DNA of 64,000 nucleotides from Thermoproteota archaeon (GTDB lineage Archaea; Thermoproteota; EX4484-205; JAAOZP01): NCBI GenBank assembly GCA_049700215.1, contig JBNAVT010000001.1, positions 61,016 to 125,015 of the forward strand, read 5' to 3'. Shown piece by piece: positions 28,596 to 38,513 of this stretch (position 1 is its first letter; each line of letters starts with the position of its first letter). The notes under the pieces were generated by a model. It saw only the letters and a program-made list of their open reading frames with translations, ran no database searches and was not told where the DNA came from. The position numbers and the translations under genes were made by a program.

Positions 28596-31500
28596 CTGGA
28601 ATCCTTCTAATAATTCTCGTCCTCAGCCTCGAGCTCAACAGCACGCTGCTAATCAGGGTTTCTGCGCAGCCCGAGGAGCTCGCTAAGAAGCTTGAAGAGT
28701 ACTTGGGGAAAGCCATACCCGAAGACCTCCTAGCTGAGGAGTGTGAGTACGTTGCTCCAGAGGGCTTCAACCTTACCTTAGCGGAAAGGCTGTGGAGGGA
28801 TTTCAGCCTATACGTTAGCACAGGCTGCACAACCAGCGAGCTTAGAAGCGAAGTTAAGAAGATTTATGGGAATTCCTCGCTGATCGAAGCGACGCTCTCC
28901 AACGGTGAAACCATAGGGTTGAACGTTAGCGGCGTAAGTGTTGAGAGAAGCCTTGAAGACGGGAGCGTCAGCGTAAGGATACCTATTGTTTCAAGCACGA
29001 GCCTCAACTATTCTCGGTATAACTTCACTAAGCAAGCAGGGTTCTACGAGGCCTGGAACAAGACTCTGGTCAGGGAATACAGGGTTTGGAGGCGCGAGCA
29101 AGGCTGGTACAAGTACACGATGAGGTTTCTGGAGACGAATAATACTGTGACCATCGTCTCGAAAATCTGGGGCAGGGAAGCCCTGCAAAACTTCAGCGGG
29201 ATAGAGCGCGTCGAATGGACTCCGGAAACAGGGGAGATACCCATAGTCACGCACGTATACTATGGGGGCAGCATAATGGTAGCAATACCGGGCCACTACG
29301 AGGACGTTAGAACCGTCGTCCCCGAGCAGAGAAAGAGCTTCAAAGTACTGTTCCCAGCCTACGACCCGGCCATAATAGAGGGCTGGGTTATAACCACAAG
29401 CATCTCATCGACGAGCCTGAGTGTCGGGGAAACTCTTGAGATAGCTTACTCTGCGGAGTATTCCGGCGGGGAGCCTGAGCCGCTTAACGCGACGCTAACT
29501 CTAAGTGCTCCAGAAGCATTCGAACCATTAAACAGCCTTGAGAGAAGGCTCGACGACACTCACACCTCAGGGTTCTTCAGACTCAAGGCTGTTAAGCCAG
29601 GCACCTACAACCTTACCCTCACGCTTATTGGAAACGCATCCTTCTCAGGCACGCTTGGAAACGAGTTAACCTACGAGGTTCAGGTAGTATCTCCGCCGGC
29701 ACCATCGTTGAGCGTAACAATCCTCGGGGTGAACACATCGGTGTTGAAGCATGCTGGGCTCACCCTGAGTCTCGCCAACAACGGTGGGAGCGCAGCTAGG
29801 AATATTCGCGTCGAGATAACTGGGACAAGCTGGGAGGTTGTGGAGGTGGGCGCGATCCAGAATGTTAGTAGAAGCATGGGGGACATCGAGGCTGGGGAAA
29901 CAAGGGTTGAGGAATTCGTATTGAGGCTCCTCCGCTCCTCCGCAAGGATAACGGTGAAAACAACCTACTCCGACGACGAGGGCAACCCCTACCTTGTTAA
30001 AACCTACACAACCATCTATCATCCAAGCTTCTGGGTCCCTGAGCACTTTGAAACCTACACAACAATCGTGCCTGAGCACGAGGAAACAATGAGGGTCTTC
30101 ATCCCAGGCTACGAGCATGCCACGCACGTGAGGCTCTACGCCCTCTGGGATCCCTACATCGTCGGAGCAGTCCTGCCATACATGTGCAGCGGATGGGTCT
30201 ACGAAGCCAGGGAACCGGTCTGGGGGGTCGGTGTTCCAACGCACGTCCCAAGCCTTGGGCTAGACTCAATGCCAATCCCCGGCATCGGTGTTGAGCTACC
30301 TTTTGAAGAGGGAGAGGAGGCTTTAACCGGGGCTGGCGTGAAAATCATGGTTACGAGCATAGAGCCGCACTACGAGTATCTTGGTGTTTTCAAGGAGGAT
30401 GAGGTCCTCAGGCTTGTCAACGCATCCAAGGGTTTGCTTAAGAGTGGAAACATCTCCCCAGACTACAGGGTTGAGCCCCTGAAGCCCTACTGGGTCGAGG
30501 GCGAACCAATAGTGTTGAACGCGACGCAGCTGGCCCTTTATCAGGCGATGATGGACGGGTTGAAGAAGACTAACCCCGATATAGACTATGAGTACAGGGA
30601 GGCCGTCGTGGACGTTAGAACCAGGGTTGGGGAGGCTGAGCCGGGCTACTTAATCCTAATCTACCACCCGTTGAAGGTTGTTGGAGAAGGGCCCCTTAAA
30701 AGCGTCAGGATGAGGAACTTTGCGAGAATAGGCTTCAACTACAGGGTTGACGTTGAAACATCTCTGTTAACAGTTTTCGGGAAAACACGCGGCGAGAATA
30801 GTTGGAAGCACCTCTTCCTCGGTGGGAAGGAGGATGCTGTCCTGCTCTCCTCAACCCTGGATCAGGTTTACGACAGAGAGGTTGCTGTCAACATAACCCT
30901 CAACGGCAGGCTCGTCGCCAAAGCAAGGTTCATCCTTAAGCACGAGTCCTCGCCATACTGGAAGGGCTTCTGGGACGGCTTAGCATCCCAAGCCTGGAAG
31001 ATAGCTATAACCGTGGGGCTGATGGTTATCGTCGGCTTCATCGTCCCAGCTCAACACGTCAAGACTGCTTCCTACATCCTGCTCGCAGCAGGAGTTGTCA
31101 TGAACCTCTGGGAGGTTGCGGCAGATATTCAGAACGCCTACGCAGCCAGGGATTTTATGAACAGCCTAGCGGCCGAGTGTGTGAACAAGTCTAAGGAGTA
31201 CATGAGTAAGAATATGCCTGAGCACGCTAGAGAGTATATCGAGCTCGCCCGCAGATACAGGGAGGCGGCTAACGAGACCATAGACAACCTCGGGATAAAC
31301 GCCCTTTCAAACCTCTTCATCGACGTCGGCTGGGACGAGGTGTGCGTAGCCTTAGAATGGAAGGAGCCGGTCGTGCTCCCGGGAGAGAACAGGGACTACA
31401 AGATTGGGTACGCGAGGGGAAGGGTTGCAGGCACAATAATCCACAGCCTAACCTACGTAGTGTTCTTCACGATAATGATAGGCAGGATAAAGGCTGAGAG

Positions 31501-33631
31501 GGTAATGGGGCAGCCCCTAAGCACAGGGCAGATCCTAAGGCTGATGGGAAGAGGGCTCTACAACTGGATAACCCCAGCAGTATGGGACGCAACCATCCTA
31601 GCGATACAGAGGAAAGGAGCCGTATTGTTCGGCAAGGCTGCCGACCTCCTCCTCGCCAACAAGTATAGCAAAAGGTTCGGGGATGCTGTTGGAAGCCTGC
31701 TCCAGGACGCGGGGGGAGAGCTGCCCAGGGCCGGGGATACATTGGATGCTTCTTCAGAGATCTCGAAACAAGTCTTGGAAAACGTTCCAAGCAGGGAGAG
31801 CTCAAGCAGGATACTCGACGCAATAGGAAGCATTGTTGAAAACTACTCCCCGGAGGAGATGGAGGCGAAGGGGAAGCCGATAGTAAGAAGCATAGTATCC
31901 ATGTGGAGCAAGGATGGGGACAAAGCGATAGACTCGTTGAACAGCTGGCTCAGCGTCAACTCGAAGGATTTGGACAAGATGAATGGACTCGACGAGATAT
32001 TGGTGGAAATCCAAAGGGAAGCGACGAAGGGCGTTGGACTAAAGATAGGGGAAATCGCAGATAACTACATCAACATTAAGGGTAAGCATGGTGAAGAGGT
32101 TGCAAATGCCTTCCTAAACACCGTCCTCAAGAATCCAGACTCGTTAGACAGCCTCATAGCCAAGGTAAACGGCATGAAATGTTATGAGATCGATTATGGA
32201 GCTGAGCCTCGGAAAGTTACGCTAAGCAGGGGAGAGGGCGTTACCCTAAGCCTAGGAAGTGGACGTGAACTTGAGCCGGGAACTTATAAAGCAAAACTTT
32301 ACTGGGAAGGAGGTGGAAAGAGCGGGACCATGGAATTCGCGTTTTCGAAAGACGCTAAAACGGTCCATGTCTGGATACCGAAAGGCTGCGTGGATGAGAT
32401 ATTAGGCGAAATAGGCAGTGACGAGACAACAGTGTCTGTAACAAATGTTAGATTCTTTGAATACGTTCCTGAGCTTTATCATCCGACGAGGTTCTTCACC
32501 GGAGGGGCGGAGGTGATGCTTGACCTCATTAACAGCAGGATCGTGGCTTACGATGAGTTTGACGGAGTAACGGGGCTCACAATAGAATCGGGGCTCCTTA
32601 GGACCGAAGAGGGGAAAGCTATTTTAGAAGTGACGACGAGAGCTAGGAACATGCAGGGCAAACCCCTCGCCCTAGCTTTCTACGATGATGGCGTGGTGAA
32701 AATTCGTCTTGGCGACTGTGTGTATCCAATTGCCAGCGTCAAAGTAAGCATGGGGAGATGGATCGTTGAATATCCGCTGGATGGAAAGATGCATACCTCC
32801 ACGAATATCGTCGGGAAACCAATCAATGTTCCGGAGAAGCTAATGTTGGCGGAGGATGTTGGCAACGTTGAAGACCGTCAGGGCGAAGTCATAAAACTGA
32901 AGGAGAGAATATTTCTAAGCGGCTATTACGTTGAGACGCTGGATGGCGTGGGGAATGAGAACATTAAGGAAAGGCTCCTGCTTAAAGTATATTTCAGCGA
33001 TGATGGCGGCAACTACAGGATCTCATACTGCTGCAATCCACGTCTAGCTGTTGAAGTGCCGGAGGGGATGACTAGGATAGAGCATATAGAGGTACTGAAA
33101 TACCTGGATACTATCAACAATCTAGATGAATGCATTCAAATGTCTGAGCAAGATCCCTCCGATACTATTTTGAAGGGTCAGGTGGGGGAGCTGATCGTCA
33201 GGACGGACGAGACCATTGTCTCCAAGCTCTTCCGTTACCGCGATGAAATCTCCGAGAAGACCGGAATCTCAAAGGATAAGATTAGCATTTGGTGGCATGA
33301 GTGGGCAGGAGATAAAGGACCAGACTTTAAGTTTATAGTTACAGAAGATGTTATTGATAAACATGGAAACTTAATTAAAGCTGAGAGCGCTATTGCTGTC
33401 GGCGAGATTAAAAGCACTTCAACTCATAGAGTAGATATTTTCGAAAGGGGAATTAATAACGGTAAGGAGGAGCTTATCAGATTCCTCGGCGACATTAAGA
33501 CCGCTAAGTACGGTATCTTAGTAGTGCTCGACTATGATGTGGATAATCCCTCCAGCTCTAAGCCCTACACCCTTCCTCCAGGCATTGGGAGTTATGAGAA
33601 TCCGTATATAGAGATTATTGAGAGGAAGTGA
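28580..33631 (+). CDS. Large exported polymorphic-toxin-like protein with Ig/CARDB-like domains, hydrophobic helices and a C-terminal PD-(D/E)xK nuclease
   Basis: Signal peptide; LANNGGSAARNIRVEI CARDB-like segment; hydrophobic helices near aa 805-850 and 950-970; GQVGE...GPDF...VGEIKS. Confidence 0.75.
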   Translation: MEKKIAGILLIILVLSLELNSTLLIRVSAQPEELAKKLEEYLGKAIPEDLLAEECEYVAPEGFNLTLAERLWRDFSLYVSTGCTTSELRSEVKKIYGNSSLIEATLSNGETIGLNVSGVSVERSLEDGSVSVRIPIVSSTSLNYSRYNFTKQAGFYEAWNKTLVREYRVWRREQGWYKYTMRFLETNNTVTIVSKIWGREALQNFSGIERVEWTPETGEIPIVTHVYYGGSIMVAIPGHYEDVRTVVPEQRKSFKVLFPAYDPAIIEGWVITTSISSTSLSVGETLEIAYSAEYSGGEPEPLNATLTLSAPEAFEPLNSLERRLDDTHTSGFFRLKAVKPGTYNLTLTLIGNASFSGTLGNELTYEVQVVSPPAPSLSVTILGVNTSVLKHAGLTLSLANNGGSAARNIRVEITGTSWEVVEVGAIQNVSRSMGDIEAGETRVEEFVLRLLRSSARITVKTTYSDDEGNPYLVKTYTTIYHPSFWVPEHFETYTTIVPEHEETMRVFIPGYEHATHVRLYALWDPYIVGAVLPYMCSGWVYEAREPVWGVGVPTHVPSLGLDSMPIPGIGVELPFEEGEEALTGAGVKIMVTSIEPHYEYLGVFKEDEVLRLVNASKGLLKSGNISPDYRVEPLKPYWVEGEPIVLNATQLALYQAMMDGLKKTNPDIDYEYREAVVDVRTRVGEAEPGYLILIYHPLKVVGEGPLKSVRMRNFARIGFNYRVDVETSLLTVFGKTRGENSWKHLFLGGKEDAVLLSSTLDQVYDREVAVNITLNGRLVAKARFILKHESSPYWKGFWDGLASQAWKIAITVGLMVIVGFIVPAQHVKTASYILLAAGVVMNLWEVAADIQNAYAARDFMNSLAAECVNKSKEYMSKNMPEHAREYIELARRYREAANETIDNLGINALSNLFIDVGWDEVCVALEWKEPVVLPGENRDYKIGYARGRVAGTIIHSLTYVVFFTIMIGRIKAERVMGQPLSTGQILRLMGRGLYNWITPAVWDATILAIQRKGAVLFGKAADLLLANKYSKRFGDAVGSLLQDAGGELPRAGDTLDASSEISKQVLENVPSRESSSRILDAIGSIVENYSPEEMEAKGKPIVRSIVSMWSKDGDKAIDSLNSWLSVNSKDLDKMNGLDEILVEIQREATKGVGLKIGEIADNYINIKGKHGEEVANAFLNTVLKNPDSLDSLIAKVNGMKCYEIDYGAEPRKVTLSRGEGVTLSLGSGRELEPGTYKAKLYWEGGGKSGTMEFAFSKDAKTVHVWIPKGCVDEILGEIGSDETTVSVTNVRFFEYVPELYHPTRFFTGGAEVMLDLINSRIVAYDEFDGVTGLTIESGLLRTEEGKAILEVTTRARNMQGKPLALAFYDDGVVKIRLGDCVYPIASVKVSMGRWIVEYPLDGKMHTSTNIVGKPINVPEKLMLAEDVGNVEDRQGEVIKLKERIFLSGYYVETLDGVGNENIKERLLLKVYFSDDGGNYRISYCCNPRLAVEVPEGMTRIEHIEVLKYLDTINNLDECIQMSEQDPSDTILKGQVGELIVRTDETIVSKLFRYRDEISEKTGISKDKISIWWHEWAGDKGPDFKFIVTEDVIDKHGNLIKAESAIAVGEIKSTSTHRVDIFERGINNGKEELIRFLGDIKTAKYGILVVLDYDVDNPSSSKPYTLPPGIGSYENPYIEIIERK

Positions 33632-34335
33632 TGGGAATGTCTGAAGAGGAGGTAGACATGGAGCTTCTAAGGATGATAGGGAGATACCTTGCCGGAGGCA
33701 GGGACGAGGATTACGAAATTAAAATAAGAGGAACAACGTTCTTTGCCCCAGACGAAGATAGGACCATGGAGGGCATGCCAACGAAATGGGTTATAAAAGG
33801 TTCTCGGTTTTATGGCATGATTTGCGGGGATGTCAACGGAAAAATAGAGGTGGAGACTAGCGGTATACGCTTCATATCAAAGCAAATAGAGGATATTCTA
33901 TGGTCAATTTATGAGAAGGAACTCCAAAAAGTCAAAAATGATGAGGAAAAGCGGAAAAAACTCATCCACGAAATGTGTCGAAAAGAGATGAGGATTCGAG
34001 AGGAACTGACGAACAGGAAAAACTGGCATAATTATTCCTCCAAGAAACCCTTTAAAGAGTTGATATATAAGATCAGATGCGGGGACGAGGCTGCTAAGAA
34101 AGCTGGTGAAGAGTTCGGCGTCGAGGTAATCCACTGGGTGCCTTCTCCTCCGGAGGAGTTTGACCACTTTTACTCGATATTCGACCCAAGGGGCATGAGT
34201 AGAGAACAGAGGTTCGAAGAGGTAAAGAAGAGGGTAGACGCGATCGAAAGGGCTGTACATCTTTATTACTCTCTTTCTTATGAGTACATACCGCCCGGAG
34301 GAAAGAAGAGGCGAAAGGATAGATATATGGTTTAA
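33628..34335 (+). CDS. Candidate cognate immunity protein
   Basis: GTGA overlap with toxin stop, cytoplasmic, paralog of 34717-35421. Confidence 0.7.
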   Translation: MMGMSEEEVDMELLRMIGRYLAGGRDEDYEIKIRGTTFFAPDEDRTMEGMPTKWVIKGSRFYGMICGDVNGKIEVETSGIRFISKQIEDILWSIYEKELQKVKNDEEKRKKLIHEMCRKEMRIREELTNRKNWHNYSSKKPFKELIYKIRCGDEAAKKAGEEFGVEVIHWVPSPPEEFDHFYSIFDPRGMSREQRFEEVKKRVDAIERAVHLYYSLSYEYIPPGGKKRRKDRYMV

Positions 34336-34385
34336 GAGTTTAATAACTCGAGATAAATTTGCCAAGCGCGCGCTAATGATAGGGA

Positions 34386-34720
34386 AGGCGGCATAAGTGG
34401 GTAGAAGATCATGAGCCTGACTTTAAGTTTATAGTTCAGAAGATGTTGTAGCGCGCGTGCTCAAAGCTAAGAGCTTCATAGCTGTCGACGAGATTAAAAG
34501 CACTTTAACTCATGATTCAGAGGTCTTTAGGGACCAACTTAATTCAGGTAGGTCTCAACTTGCCGAATCCTTTGCCGAAATCGAGACCACTAAGTATGGT
34601 ATTCTGGTTGTGCTAGATTGTGGCATAGAGAACTCATCCGGCCCTAGGCCCTAAGCCATTCCTTCAAGCATTGGCAATTATGAGAACCCATATATGGAAA
34701 TTATTAGAAGAGGAGGGTGA
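34386..34720 (+). pseudogene. Orphan, degraded copy of the toxin nuclease tip
   Basis: EPDFKFIV, AVDEIKST, KYGILVVLD, IGNYENPYMEII align to 33290-33631; internal deletion, frameshift and TAC>TAA at 34652. Confidence 0.85.
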
Positions 34721-35421
34721 TGAAAATGTCTGAAGAGGAGTTAGACATGGAGCTTCTAAGGATGATAGGGAGATACCTAACTGGGGGAGGAGATGACTAT
34801 GAGATCAAAACATCCGGTCCAGAATTGTATAGAACTATGGAAGATAAGCCGATGAAATGGGTCGTCAAGAGCCCCCAGTTTTACGGCTTAGTTTGCGGAG
34901 ATATCGATGGAAAAATAGAGGTGGAGACTTCTGGCTTTGATAATATATCGGAAAGAATATTGGAAATAGTGTTCTCTCTGTATAAAAAAAGGAGCAAAAA
35001 GCCAAGAATGATGAGGAGAGGGAAAAGCTTAGCGAAGAAAGAGTCAAAAAAAGCATTTGAGATTCAGGACGAATTAGCGAGTAAGAATAATTGGGATAAG
35101 TATTCTGCTCAAAAACCGTTTGAAAAACTGATGCGCTTGCTCAAATGCGGGGAAGAGGCTGCTAAGAAAGCGGGTGAAGAATTTGGAGTCGAGGTAATCC
35201 ACTGGGTGCCTTGCACTCCGTATGAATATAACCATTTCTACTCCATATTCGAACCAAAGGGTATGAGTAGAGAGCAGAAGTTCGAGGAGGTTAAGAAGAG
35301 GATCGACGCAGTCTGCAGGGCTGGTGCCATCTATTATGGGTCTAAACCGAAGTATCGTAAAAAGTCTATTTGGTTAGTGAGAAAAGGAGACATGTTTAAA
35401 TCTGGTTTTAAAGCTCGCTAA
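34717..35421 (+). CDS. Second (orphan) immunity protein paralog
   Basis: MSEEELDMELLRMIGRYL, GKIEVETSG, AAKKAGEEFGVEVIHWVP and FEEVKKR shared with 33628-34335. Confidence 0.75.
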   Translation: MMKMSEEELDMELLRMIGRYLTGGGDDYEIKTSGPELYRTMEDKPMKWVVKSPQFYGLVCGDIDGKIEVETSGFDNISERILEIVFSLYKKRSKKPRMMRRGKSLAKKESKKAFEIQDELASKNNWDKYSAQKPFEKLMRLLKCGEEAAKKAGEEFGVEVIHWVPCTPYEYNHFYSIFEPKGMSREQKFEEVKKRIDAVCRAGAIYYGSKPKYRKKSIWLVRKGDMFKSGFKAR

Positions 35422-35503
35422 TGTGTACGCATCTCAGGTCAGGTTTACTGCACCAATTGGGTCTAACAGCGGAATCGTCTACTAGAAGATTTTTAACGGA
35501 ATG

Positions 35504-35872
35504 CTAAGCTTTCTTGAGGTGTTTAACTGCTTCAAGCATTAGCCTTACGGATTCTTCAACGACCTTCTTACTTTCTATAACATGGTCTTCAGGCAGGTGA
35601 TTCTCATAGAAGTTTACATGGAGGCTTTCAGCATGCTTGAAAGCGTTCATCAAGTTCCACTCAGGATGTTCTCTGTGGAGCTTAGATATGAATTCAGCTA
35701 TGCTCCTATGAGTACCAAGACTTGTGCCTTGTTCAATTGCTACTGCCTTCACTGCTTCTACGAAGGCCCCCCAGAGTTTTTCAGATGCTTGAGAATAATC
35801 CTTCTTCTCAAGAAGTTTCTCCGCCTCCTTAAGATATTTCAAGTTTAGTCTAAGGTACTCAGCCTCAGACAT
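35504..35872 (-). CDS. PaREP1/HEPN-family protein
   Basis: YLKEAE.LL...QASEKLWGA...THR...AESLHVNFYE. Confidence 0.85.
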   Translation of the reverse strand: MSEAEYLRLNLKYLKEAEKLLEKKDYSQASEKLWGAFVEAVKAVAIEQGTSLGTHRSIAEFISKLHREHPEWNLMNAFKHAESLHVNFYENHLPEDHVIESKKVVEESVRLMLEAVKHLKKA

Positions 35873-36198
35873 GTCTCCATTCTCATCGCGTCGCGGCGGA
35901 GTTATAAGCGTTGCTCTTTTAATGGAGCCTTACTATTCCTCACGCTTCCCACGAATGGCCTACGCTTCAACAATACAGTAATCTTGAAAACTTACCGAAT
36001 ACACTTCATTCTCATGAGGGTTTAGATAGCTCTTCCAGCGGCTTTCCGGAAACATATAACTACAGTTCCAAGCTAAATGGTTGAAGCCAAGGGTTTTGTG
36101 AGGTTCCTTGTTTTAAGTGGGTTGACAATATTGGGCTTTTCGAGAGTTAGAATAGAGCTCCATAAAAATTTATATAGAAGCTTCACAATAATAGTATA

Positions 36199-38510
36199 AT
36201 GAAGAAACAGGAATTTGCTGTTTCCATCGTGTTTCTATTGGTCACTATCTTCCCAGGTTGTATTTTCCTGCTTTCTTCCCCGAGGCCTGGTCTCTGCACA
36301 GCTAGTCTTCAGCCAACGGCGGACGCGTACGTTGCGCAGAATAACCCGACTGTGAACTACGGGTCGGAAGTGTCGCTAATAGTGTCCCCGGGCTTGAAGG
36401 CCGTATGCAGGTCCCTGGTTAAGTTCGACCTGACGCAAATACCCCCGGCTCAAAGCTTGCCGGCGCTCAGCTTAAGCTCTACGTGGCTCGAACCGGGTAT
36501 GCTGCCGGCAGGGGGACGTATGAATGCTACCTGCTGGATAGGGACTGGGCTGAAAGAACTGTAACCTGGAATAGTCAACCCGGCTCCGTCTCCGGGTTTG
36601 CCGTCTATTCAACCGTCCCAGCCGCGGGCAGTTGGATGACGTGGAACGTTGCATCATCAGTCAGCCAAATCCTAGCTGGAACCAGGTCGAACTTCGGATG
36701 GGGCTTGAGAGACCAGGCTGAAGACACGCGTGCTGAAATCGTTCCTTTAACCGTCTTCCCATCTAGGGAAAACCCGACCAACAAGCCTGTTCTCGAGCTC
36801 TCCTTCTACCCTCCTAAGCTGGCAATATCCGGGCCTGCCTCAGCCTATGTGGAGACATGGGTTAAGCTCACTGTTGAGAGGAGAGATGCTGACAACCTGC
36901 CGATAATTATGGGAGACCTCAGGGTTCAGCTTTCATCAAGCTCCACCTCAGGAAGGTTCGCATCGTCTGAAGGAGGGTCGCGGATAACAGAGTTAACCAT
37001 TCCCAATGGGGCGTCGAAAAAAGATTTCTACTATTATGACGCTCAAGTAGGTTCAGCCACCATAACCGTTGACACTAACCAGTATAGGGATGATTACTAC
37101 GAGGAGGGCCGCCTCGCAATTGCTCTTGAGACTAAGGATGTTGAAGGGCCTAAAGTGGTTATACGTGCTACTCCTGAGAAAGCTAGGGACAATGAGAAAA
37201 TATCGGTAATCGTCGACGCTTCGGATCCCAGCGGGATAGAAACCGTCAGGGTCACGCAGCGGGGGATAGCTGTGAGCGGAAGCCCGTGGGAACAGCCCTT
37301 GTTCATGCAGGCTTACGAAGGCAATTTTCCATTAAGCTTCCACAGGGAGATTGAGTCCGGCCCATTTCCAGGAATGCGGCTGATGGAGTTTGAAGCCGAG
37401 GCGACGGACAAGTATGGGAACCTGGGGAGGAGTACAGTCAGCGTCATCATAATAACTCCTCCTCCGAAAAGAAGCTGTGGATGCAGGATAAGCTACGCGA
37501 TGTCGAGGAAGGACGTTAAGGTTTGGACTCAATGGGACTCGTTAGCAGTGGGAGACGTGGTTGGAGATGGGGGGAAAGAGGTTGTTGTGGCTCAGGACGA
37601 TGGCGGGGGTAGACTATACGTCTACACTTGGAACAATGAGGCAAGCTCCCTCGAGCCACTGCTTTTCGGGGGGCAAGTATTCTCAGCAATCAGGTACACG
37701 ACGTATGATAGGATGGCTGTGGGGAACGTGATGGGTGACGAGAAGGAGGAGATCCTGATCGCCGTAGACGAGGATGGGGAAGCTGGAGTAGTATACATCT
37801 ATCAGATTAAACAGGCGGCTGCTGGTTACGAGCTTAGCCAGGTTGGAATGATAGACCTAGGTAAGTTTGGATGTAAGTTCACGCATTTCGACGCCCTCCT
37901 TGCAGGCAATGTTTTTAACGATGATGATTACGATGAAATAATTCTTGTAAGAGATGAGGATGATAAGCTTTTCGTCTTAGACCCTACTGTAGCAGGCTCG
38001 TTTGTAGCACGAGCTTTTACATTGCCGGTGGATCTTGACGAGTTCAGGTATACTGGGCACACTGACAATGAGGAGGATGATTCTAACGGTCACGATGAGA
38101 TTGCTGTCGCCAACCTTTTTGGAGACAGTGCTGAGGAAATAGTTTATGCCGCCAACCATGAGAAATGGCTTTACGTCTTCTCCTTCAAACAGTCTGGAGG
38201 AACATGGGTGTTAGAGTTGACTCTTAAACTAGACATCGGAGACCAGTTCACGAAGTACGATGCTATGAGCGTTGGAGACGTGCTTGGAGACTCTAGGCCC
38301 GAGATACTGTTCTTCAGAGATGAGGACAGGTGCGTACTAATATATGATGTATTCTTAGGACCGATAAAGCTTCAATACATCTTCTACTCCCCGTGTGACG
38401 GCGTCGCTACGGGGGACATCGTTGGGCTGGGCAAGGGTCAGATACTGGTGGCGACTGACGATGAGAACGACATTCGCCTAGCGTATTCAGAGGAACCCTT
38501 GGAGGGTTGA
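36199..38510 (+). CDS. Secreted DNRLRE-domain/FG-GAP-repeat protein (ORFs 36199 and 36483 joined by a frameshift at ~36447)
   Basis: Signal peptide; ADAYV...NYG...RSLVKFDL...FPSRE...PVLEL; repeated AVGDV.GD..EEI; the shifted frame gives IPPGSKLAGAQLKLYVART. Confidence 0.7.
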
Positions 38511-38513
38511 AAA

